Source of the DNA: Anthoceros angustus
Lineage: Eukaryota; Plantae; Anthocerotophyta
DNA length: 64,000 nt
Reading direction: 5' to 3'
Assembly: GCA_010909165.1 (NCBI GenBank)
Contig: MU008224.1
Location: 113,098-177,097 of the forward strand
Shown: one piece after another, positions 13,425 through 23,165 of the stretch
How the letters are laid out: every line of letters begins with the position of its first letter
How positions within the stretch are numbered: position 1 is the stretch's first letter
Position numbers and translations under genes: made by a program
Notes under the pieces: model-generated
What the model was told of the DNA's origin: nothing
Database searches by the model: none
What the model saw: only the letters and a program-made list of their open reading frames with translations

Positions 13425-13505
13425 CGAGGAGGCAAGGGCCCCAGCTGGGCGGCGTCGAAGAGTGGGCGTGAAGCCGAGGCAAGGCGGGCGTCGAGGCTAC
13501 CATGA
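12870..13505 (+). CDS. Leader ORF / gag N-terminal extension of the Copia B family (coiled-coil-like)
   Basis: 211-aa ORF; the same protein is encoded at 32465..33100 (-) (KFIKLARR.LL..FSPIHVKALELALQH, FQEID.QLATLRIQSFDLKGEL). Confidence 0.6.
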   Translation: MDLCSLRRRRHRVKKRDSPTRQQEQIRRPTHRSNRRQQATEGEIEETSSRIANFIASILISKPDQEKFIKLARRGLLGGFSPIHVKALELALQHILNLKAGISTLLSSSLQDKNSIETLRFQEIDHQLATLRIQSFDLKGELFELRRKLSLLSKVDTAQRFESMLSSSDSDYDAREEFCACNREDRGGKGPSWAASKSGREAEARRASRLP

Positions 13506-13691
13506 GCACCGCGGAGGAGGGCGCAACTTCAAATCCTCACTAGCTAGCAGCTCAGCGAAGGAGGGCGGCGCTACTGGCGGCGGCGCGTTGGTTGAGGAGG
13601 TAGGAACCCTGGAAGACTGACCCCGCTAGGAAATTCGAGGCAAGGCATCACCGATTTGAGGCGCCGAGGGCAGTAAGGTTGCTGCAAGAGC

Positions 13692-14576
13692 ATGGCGCCC
13701 AATGCCGCAGCAGAAATTGTGATCGCCCAGTGGCTGAATATAGACCATTGGAAGGTCCGAGCTGGGGAATTGGTGAAGGAGCTGGGGCTTGGCTTCATGG
13801 AGAAGCGGTGGAATTATGTGAGCCTGGGACTGGTGCAGGAGTGCGCTCGCCAGCTGAAGGACAAGCAACCAGGCGAGTGAATTAGAGCGAAGCCTCAGGA
13901 TTGGGACCTAGAATTGATCAGGAAAGTGTATGAGCGCAGCAAGGAGGAAGCGGGCGGGTTGGTGATTGAACCCTCTGGAAAGGAGCACAAAGCAGAAGAA
14001 GCGCCCGGTCAAGACAGCGACCGGGAACCCAATGGGTGGTTGACAGAATTGGTATCGGCCGGTGATGGGTCCGCGGATGGCCTTTGTTTTCTCTGACACA
14101 AGAAGCGGGATTATTTGTCCGACCATTTCACTTTTCTCCATGAAGTTGTCAAGGGGACGAGGATCGATTGGGGATGAATTCTTTTTGACAAGCTGTGTGA
14201 AGAGAGGTTGAATCTGATCTCCTCTTCCCCTCGTCCCACTCTAATTACACCATTCCTGGTTCACCTGTATGCGCACTCTAATTGTCTGCCGGAGGTAGAA
14301 ATTGTGGCCTCCCTCCACATGTGGAAGCTAGTTAGGGAGGTGAAGTGGAAAGCGGAAGAGCCCAAGGAGGAAATAGAGGAAGGATCTGACAACTGGGAGT
14401 CCGTGGCGACGGGCAGTTCAGAGGAGGAGAAGGAGATTGCCACAAGCAAGAAGAGAAAGGCCGGGGGAGGCAGGCAGGCCTCAACGAAGAAGGGGAGGGT
14501 GGACGCGCGCGTCACCAGGTCGAAGGCAGGCGCCGCGCTGCAGGAGAAAGCGAAGAAAATGAAGGCCAAACGGTAG
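13692..14576 (+). pseudogene. Degenerate divergent homolog of the 71..1240 accessory protein
   Basis: FLHEVVKGTRIDWG*ILF...SSSPRPTLITPFLVHLY aligns by eye with FLWKITQGAKLDWGLIMY...DSPRPCYLSTCLVHLW. Contains stops and frameshifts. Confidence 0.6.
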
Positions 14577-16373
14577 ATTGATTTGGCGGAGGAAGAGGCG
14601 CGGTCCGAGGAAGACAATTTTGCTGACCTGGATGCAGATGATGAACCGACCCCGGAAGGATTAGGGTTGACCCCAGCAGCGGACCCCTCCTCAGGATGGG
14701 AATAGATTTTCAAGGGAACTCCATTGGCGGCAGGGACGAGTTAATGGTTAGCACCCTCTTGGGAAGGAAGGTGCTTGGCGGGAATGGCGCAGCGCGGGGC
14801 CTCCTTAACAAGTGGATTTGCAGGAACTAACCACAGCTATGATCCGGGCCCAGTCGGATTTGCTGGACCAAGCTGCGCTGGCCCTCACATGGCTCAGTGT
14901 GCAAGGGCGGCAAGAGGAGGCCCACTCTTCCCATCTGCTGCTTCTTGTGGTAGCAGAGTCGACTTTACAGCAGTTGTAGGTCTGGATGTTGGTTGGTCAT
15001 GACCACCACCCGCACCTCCTCCTGCTGCACTCCTCCGTTTCCGGAAGCTCGTGCTTCGACATTGACTTCTGTCCTTTTGCGTTTTGGAGGTTTGGGCTAT
15101 GGTGGAGGTTCAACCAAGTTGGCGTGTTTTGCACGCACTTGCCGATGTGGGATGGACATGTCTGTGAACCGAAGATGCACACGTGAAGCATGAGAGGAAA
15201 TCGGAGGCAAATATAGACCAAGCCAGGAAACAAGGGAAGGTTGAAGGTGTCTTGGTTTCATGGAACAAGCCAAATTATGGAGCAACAAACCTACTATTTC
15301 GGGTTTTCTTTATATAGCAGACATGCCAACTCTTCTCGATAAGCCCGCAACCGTTGCCTCAAACAGTCTGAAAGTCTACAACGCCTGCCACAAACGCGCA
15401 CCTAACTGGCTTTCTCAAACGCGGACCTGTTGTTGCCTCAAGCATCCCCAAGCGCCTTGCTTCCTCAAACGGTCCTACCGCAAACAACGCGTCCCCACCC
15501 GCTAAAACGAGACCTCGCCGCCACAAGCGGACCTTATGTCACAATCAAACACCAAGGATGCCTGTCACAATCAAACACCAAGGATGCCTACCACAATCAC
15601 AGGGCCGCCGCCACAAGCGCGCAGGGTGCCCGCCACAAGCAAGAAAGCAACGACGCTTCGCACTCAAACGCGCACCTGCCGCCTGCCACAACGCACACCG
15701 AGGCCGGCCACACACCGAGTTGGGCACACACACACGGTGAAGGCTTCACTCGGGAGCCTTGATCAGTGAGCACTCCACGCCCGTCGCGGCTTCACTCGAC
15801 GCAGATGCAGTAGAGCACTCACAAATCGGATGCGCTCGCCTGTCTTGTCCGCCGGCCGCCACCGTTACTTGACGCACTCGCTTGCCGCCGGGCACGCCAC
15901 CTAGCCACCATCACTTGGGCGCACCCGGCCTGCCTCAAACCCGCAATCCGTATCGCTCTCGAAACATAAAATGCGCGCTGCAGGTTCACTGACCAGCAAT
16001 CCAAAACGCTTGTTTCCAGGGCACAATCTTGTGCGCGCCGCGAATATAACCCCTGGCTTGCCTAACCGTGGGTTAACTATCTGCGGGTTGAAGGTTAAGT
16101 CTAGGTTTCCATTATAGCCCTTATTTTAAGCCGAACGTTCGGTAATTAATATTGGCGGCTATTGTAACGGGTTAAACCTGCCACCATAATCATGTATGGA
16201 TATTTTAAGGTTCAAACCCAAATGGACAAACTGCAGAGTACGAAGCTCTTCTTCCTCTCAGAGTTGCTTGACATTTGCTGCGAAGTTTGAAGAGCTAGCA
16301 AAATGCATAGCGCTTCTCCAACCTACTCTTGCGGTCGCAGGTCCCAGGGGCGATTGGAAGGCCATAAGCGGCG

Positions 16374-19300
16374 ATGGGCGAGTCTGCGACAATGTATCAC
16401 GCATGGATGTTTTGTGTGTGTAGCCGCATCGTCAGATTCTCGTCGCGGAAGGTGGAGAAGGTGACAATCATGGACACCACTCCAGAGCATGGAAGGCATC
16501 AGAAGGTCTCTATCATCGATACAACTCCCGTTGGAGAAGGGAGAGGATGTAGGCCAAGCATTCTTGAGACCACGCCAATTCCAGGGATTAGGAACGAGGT
16601 TGAAGATGGAACGCGACAGTGGAAATTGTTTCTTCATCGCTCTATGGAGGAGGTGGGGAATGATGGTACTGAATTATACAGGAACGAGGATGCGGGCACA
16701 GAACACCACGGCAGTAGCATCCAGGCCGAGCCATTCACAGAAACGTCGATTGAACCTTGCCCGGTGAAGCGTAGACATTATCCAAGCCGGAGAATGAAGA
16801 GGACCATGAAGCTGTGCTGCATTGAGGAAATACATAACGCATGGTCTTCACATTGCTGTAGCAACAGTTGTTTGTTGCAATTGGGAAAGAAGAATATAGA
16901 GAGCCTGAGATATCGCTTCTTGGGAATGCCTCGAGAACAACAGGAAATATATTTGCAAGGATTGCTCGAGGTAGAACAAGCAAACTCTACTGGTCGCAAT
17001 GTTCTCAATTTTCTCTTGGGAGACACCAGGTTGCAATGTTGTGTACGAAGTTTCAGAAAAGTGTTCTGCATTGGATGGCGAAGGTATGAACATCTGAAAC
17101 AGAGAGTACTAACGAACACACCATGGTCATCGGAATTGAAGTTCCAAGGACGCCCAACTGAAGATCATGTTCTGGAATGCATTGCTTGGATGGAAAAGTT
17201 TTTCAAGCTAACACTTGAATGAATGCCCAATGTTTCTATTTTCAACTTGCCAGATTCATATACCAAAGGAGAGATATTCCAAGACTACAAACGGGAGGTT
17301 TCAAGAGCTGGCTTGACTAACGCCTCATTCTCATACATGCCTTATGGAAGAAACATTTTCCAAAAGTGAAGATACCAAAGTGTAGCCGTTTTTCAAAATG
17401 CGTCCAATGCGAAACGTTGAAGATAGCCATCAAGATGACCAGCAACCAAGAACAAGGTATTTCATATCCGAGTTTTGTCTCTAACTTATGGTGGATGAGC
17501 ACTCCAACTCCTCGGGCGCACTTGTGCGCCACCACGACGTGCGACCAGCGCGTGCAGGTAGATCCCGTGCGGCACAAGCGCGCCGCGACGTCATATGATG
17601 CGCTGGCCAAGAGGTGGTGACCGGCGGTGCGCGATTTTGCTGCGGTGCGCGCGCGCGCGCGCGCGCGCGCGCGCGCGCGCGCGCGCGCGCGCGCGCGCGC
17701 GCGCGCGCGCGCGCGCGCGCGCGCGCGCGCGCGCGCAGCGCGCAGGCGCAGCACTAAGCAACGCTCGATCAATTTTTTCGTGATGAGGTCCATGAGCAAA
17801 GACCTGGAACATCGGCGATCAAGCGGGGCGACTAAAACTTGCAAAACACCGCTTGAAGTGTAAAGGCCAACCGAGCAAATACATTGGAATGGCGATAGGC
17901 AGGATGGACCAAAGCAAGGAGCTCCACATTTTCTGCCCCTCAAAGGATTTTGCGGATGGTCTCATCGGGTCCATGTTGTGGGTTGTTTGGTATACAACAA
18001 CATTATGAAGACCAGGGTGTTTGTGAACTTCCCGAATATTTGGAACGACGCCAACTTAACCATTCATATCATCCAGGATATTATTCTCAACTATGAGACG
18101 GTTCTGCCGAAGACGTTTTACTTGCAGCTCGATAACACGGCTAGAGAAAACAAGAATATGTTGTTGTTTGCATACTTAAGTATGCTTGTCGAGAAGGGGG
18201 TCTTCGATAAGGTGAAGGTGGGCTTCCTTCTTGTCGGGCACACGCATGATGCAGTTGATCAAATGTTCTCATGCTTTTCTAAAAGTCTCAGGCACAAAAA
18301 AGCTATGTCACTCGAAACCCTTATGAGTTTGATTCATCAGGCTTATACACCCAATCCGGAAGTGAAAATGGTTTCCGAGGTGGCCGATTGTGAGCTTTGT
18401 CCGCCCAATGGGATGGGTAAAGAGGACACGAGATGCGTAAGAAATTTGCACAATCATAGTTATCAACATCAATTCAAAATTTCAAGGGAAGAAAGAGTCA
18501 TGGAGCCACCGTACGTTCGTGGCAAGGCACTTTCTACTTGCTCACATTGGGAACCGCTGAGGGTTTGGAGTTCCTTGAGAATACAGAAAGCAGAGATAAG
18601 GGGCGCCTTTATGTCCACTTCAAGTGCATGGCAAACATGGACGCAGACGCATAAATCATTTGAGCCATTAGGAAAGCCCTCAAGAACCGATGCAAAAATA
18701 TCTATCTGGAAGACAAAGTATGGTGGAACTCGTTTTGGGCATCACGATCGATATTTGTAAAAAATCGAGGAGGAGTCCATCGAGATCTTCAAAAAGCATG
18801 GGAGTGGTACAACAGGACGAGAGCGGAACTTAAATCCCATCGACGCTCCAGATATGTCTTTGTGATTCCGCCCAGCCATGAACCCCGAACGGCCACATGT
18901 ATCTCGGGAATTTTAGGCCACCGGGTGCCGGAGCCATCGAGTTGGCGAGATTCGATGGGGATGTGTCCAAGATCAGACAAGACCATATGATTGCAGTCCC
19001 ATGTGAGGGGACGATCGAGCAGGCCTTTGGATTGCAAAAGTCGAAGACTTGGATTTCTTATGTGACGAACCTTACCTAGTTGTCCAGTGGTGGGTGACAG
19101 AGAATAGCAATGCGTTTGAGGGAAGGTACCTACCAGAGGAGATACTGGCTCCAAACAACAATGATAGAGAGGGTTTGCGACAACGGAGGAAGCGACCAAA
19201 GCATCTAGATTGACTGTTGATATCGGAGACATTTATTTTGGCATACGGGTTCTCCTTTGCAAGGGATAGCACTCTACAAGTCCGGACACAGGAGCTCATC

Positions 19301-19435
19301 AAGACAAAGCTGTTCGAACTTCAACATCTACCAGCCGTGGAAGAAGTTAATAGGGTTGAAGATATCAGGGTAGACCACCCATTTCCAGAGATGCATTGGA
19401 GGAAAATGATGATTCGGATGAAAATCCGAAAATAA
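16374..19435 (+). mobile_element. Degenerate DDD transposase, Sola1-like / DUF7869-type DNA transposon
   Basis: Cys-rich region (CCSNSCL..CCVRSFRKVFCIG), LWKKHFPKVKIPKCSRFSKCVQC, a frameshifted GMAI-(D)GMDQSK at ~17888, then LQLDNTARENKN and FLLVGHTHDAVDQMFS. Confidence 0.75.
17647..17736. repeat. Perfect (GC)45 dinucleotide tract
   Basis: Read directly: 90 bp of alternating GC. Confidence 0.95.
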
Positions 19436-20142
19436 GGGTGCGAGCGACAAGCGCATGATAGACATCGACTTCGATTCGGCACCAATCGCAACAAGAACCC
19501 GCCAGAGAGGCAACGGAACCGGATGGCTATCGTGCTTTTGAAGGCATGTTTGATGATGATCGGCACAAGGTCAAAAGGAGACTAAACACCGTAGAGGATA
19601 GAAAGGTGATAGGGTGTTCTTCGTAGCTTTAGGGCATAGGATAGATAGATGAGGTGTGTCTATGTGGACGTCACGATTTGTGCAACTTCTTATGTAAATC
19701 GGGCTTCCGCCACATCCAGACCTCCAAAAGACATATTTCCTCGATCGAATGATATGTTTCGACTCGTTTTGCCTTGCGCACAAGTTTGCCGATACTCGGT
19801 TTGCACGCACTTCCGCCTATCCTCTCGTATACCACAAATTGCGAACCACACAAATTGCGAAACTACGACATGCGAAATTATGGACATGTCAACATAAACC
19901 CCTTCATCACACCGACGCCTAGCCATGAACCCAAGTGCAAGTCGCCACCATGTAAATGACCAGAAGTGGTGCGGGCGAATGCCGAACCGATGGATGAACA
20001 CCTACAAAACTCAACAAAAACCAACCCAGCTTCGGTTTTCGCCGTTCCAAAACCCCTTTTTCCAGGAGAAACCCCTTTCAAAATAGACGCTGTTAAACAC
20101 CCGAAAAAGTATATTAGCTTACTGCTTTCTAGCCAGCTCCTC

Positions 20143-21235
20143 AGTAGTGAATTGGTCTTGTAGAAAACAAGCAGCCATTTCTCTATCTTCAACAGAGTCG
20201 GAGTACAAGGCACTCACAGAAGCCACCAAGGAGGCTGAGTGGGAAAGAAAGCCATGTGAGGATTTGGGTATGAAGCAAGAAGGCCCCACTATTCGACATT
20301 GTGACAATATGTCAGCCATTGCTTTGGTTGCTAACCCTGTCTTTCACATACGCACAAAGCATATAGAGATACAACATCATTATATCAGGGATGCAACAGA
20401 GAGGGGTATCGTCAAGGTACAGTATGTGCCCACTCACGACAACACCGCAGATGTGCTGACCAAGTCCTTGCCCAAGTTCAAACATTGCTTCCACATAGAA
20501 GGGCTTGGATTGGTGGATTGTAGTCACATGACACTAGACAAATCACTCATTTGGTAGGACCTCCACAACACTTGTTCCGTCACTTGGGTTGATGCACGAG
20601 GCAGATGACTTGCTTCTCTTCTGGTCACAAGAGTGGTGTGCTACTCCGGGAGCTTCTGTGGATACAGACTTAGCGCGAGCAGTTTGACCGACTCTAGGTT
20701 ATAGCCGATTTGAAGATGTTTGAAGCTTGGCGTCAACGGCGGTGATCTCCATTTTGTACTTTGGAGCTCTCGGTTCACAGCAACCAGCACGTGTCTGAGA
20801 GGGAGAGTTAGAATATAAGGCAGACCACGTGGTTCTGTATCACGTTGGTTAGTCTGACTAGACCTAGTTATGATTGGTAGTTAATTAACTAACAGGCTAG
20901 TTAATAGGACGCACCCCTTCGGTAACCGCTATTTAAGGCCTACCTATGAACCACCTTCATTAATTGTTAATCAAGCATCTTTGCTTAAGACGCTTCCGCA
21001 TCCATTTTTTTAACTTGTGTGAATTCTCCTTGCCTACCTAAGCTTGCTTTTGTGGATTGCCCTTATCTCCCTAAGCTTGCTTGTGTGGATTTTTCTTACC
21101 TCATGAAGCTTGCTTGTGTGGAGAATCCATTGCCTCCCTAGCTTAGGATCAGATTGTTGCACTTTTCTCTCCTTGTTTTTCGGTTGACACCAACTACTTG
21201 GAGTGGCTTCTTGGTGCATAACTTAGTCCCTAATA
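20143..21235 (+). mobile_element. 3' fragment of a third Ty1/Copia element (RNase H, PPT, probable 3' LTR)
   Basis: WSCRKQAAISLSSTESEY..CDNMSAI..NPVFHIRTKHIEIQHHYIR..NTADVLTK, stop at 20557. Purine tract gagagggagag at ~20797. LTR limits (~20806-21235) are approximate. Confidence 0.85.
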
Positions 21236-21524
21236 TGTTATGTAAAATTAAAAAAAAAAACATGTTATGTAATCGAAGTTATCCCATTTCCAGGTTCGTT
21301 CACGTGGGCTGACGAATGAAAAGTAAGTCTATGGAGACTATTGATCGAAACAATGTGAGGAAGACGTCAAAGACTTTCTAGAAGCGTGTCAAGGAAGGCG
21401 TCGTTTCAGGGAAAATTCAATGTTCAGTTCAAGTCTCTCCGTGTTCTTACTGAAAAATTCCATCTGCCTTTGATGGTTGTGGTTTCTTCTCCATCATGTG
21501 ACATGTGATCTGCTACATCGATTG

Positions 21525-21690
21525 GCACCGGTATTTCTGTCTTTTCTTTACTTAGACTCAGACAATTACAGTTCCACCGGTATTTCTATCTCTTTCTCTG
21601 CCTTGGACTCGGACAATTCCAGTTTCCACTTGTATTTCTGTCTTTCTTGCCTTGGACTTGGACAATTCCTGTTCCCGGCATTTCTGTCGT
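21525..21690. repeat. ~50 bp degenerate tandem repeat, 3+ copies
   Basis: cttggactcggacaattcc.gtt..c..gtatttctgtc recurs. Confidence 0.75.
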
Positions 21691-21910
21691 TTGTGGGTCT
21701 GGCAGGCTTCCCGTGCGTTGAATAGGTCCCATCATTCAAGACTGCACCGGCGCTGGCTGTGCATATATATACCTTGCTGAGCATCAAACATCCGGAATTT
21801 CTGTACCGAGCATCGCAACTTGTGGAGGACGAATCGATCGCGATCTCCGATTGTCATCCAAACACTGGCCCTACATCTTGGGACTTTGAGTTGTGTTGAG
21901 ATGTGAGACC

Positions 21911-22084
21911 TGTTGAAACCCCTTTACTTTAGTGTAGGCTACATAATCAGTTACTCTTCCTCTAACCGTTATGAACAAAGCATGTATTCTGAACAATGCA
22001 CAATAACTGTCACTCTTTTGCTTTTCTCTGCGTGCTCTCGTTCTCTCCGTGTGTCGCTCATGCCCACCATCACAATCCACATTA
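21911..22084 (+). repeat. Copia A 5' LTR
   Basis: TGTTGAAA...CACATTA, directly followed by the PBS. Confidence 0.97.
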
Positions 22085-22165
22085 TGGTATCAGAGCCTGA
22101 ATCTGTTTCCCCGCAGATGATGATCGGCACCTTTGTGATACTGTGCCGATGTCATTAGGGAGACA

Positions 22166-23165
22166 ATGCCGAGACGCCATGCTGTGATGCAGTCTGCGGG
22201 CAGAGGAGCAAACAAACGAATTCCGGTTCCCAGGATTCACCGTGAATTCATTTGCCAGGACTGCCGTGAAGCAGAAGCTCGAATCGCCCTCGCATGTGGG
22301 CGCGTGAAAGCATTTCTGCGTTGGTGCGGACCTCTCAACAATCCTCGGCGTTCAGTTTTGGCAAGATCACCCTCACACTGCAGCAGCGAACTCGAAGAGT
22401 TGCACACCAAGGTGAATCGCCTCCAGGATCTGTTTGACGGCCTCAGTGAGATGATCCAACAGCTTCATCAGACTTGTGTCATCCACAAAGCGCTCGAGTC
22501 AGGACGGATGAGAAAGGCGTCATCTTCACCTTCAACCTCGCGCTGCTACATCTAAGACAGAGTCTGCAGGGATGCAAGCCGTGCCTGATGATGATGATGA
22601 TTTAGACCTCAACGCTGCTGGAATAGTCACTCCGACCCGTGAGTTTCCACAAGGAGAATCGGACGGAGTGAGCATCGGTGAAGAAGGCCTTCAGGAATCA
22701 TCTTCTCCTGAAGGGCAGCAGGATCAAGGGTCCCATCAACCACGATTACCGAATTTTCCTGAGTACTCAGGCATTTTTGGTAGCGTAGGAGGTGACCCTT
22801 TTTCTACTAATGCTTCTGGATTTCTGTATGGTGCGCGTCCAGCAGGAACTCTTGGTACAACATCATCAGGGTTGTTTGGCAGTCCACGTTTTGGACATCA
22901 GAGTGGTGCAGCCTCTTCATCTTCGGACCAACGGCAGCGAGGTTGCTCTGGACGAGAATTGGCAACCCTATTTAAGACCGATAAATCCTCCTGTTATGGC
23001 TTTGGCATCTGCACCTGTTTCTGGCACCTTGAAGATTGATTTCAAGGATCGTGATCGTTTCAACGGCACAGACTATACTGTATGGTCTATGAGGATCATT
23101 CAAATTCTGGAGGAGAGTGAGTTGATGGGAGTTGTCGATGGTTCTGAGCAATCACCAGTCCCAAC
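22166..23165 (+). pseudogene. Copia A leader ORF(s) and gag N-terminus
   Basis: DRFNGTDYTVWSMRIIQILEESELMGVVDGS is a Copia gag start. It resumes after the nested element as LTNGDDVLAWKRRDRRARSII. Confidence 0.85.

Noticed and set aside
17317-17943. Poly-(RA) ORFs on both strands
   Set aside because: They are produced by the (GC)45 tract.
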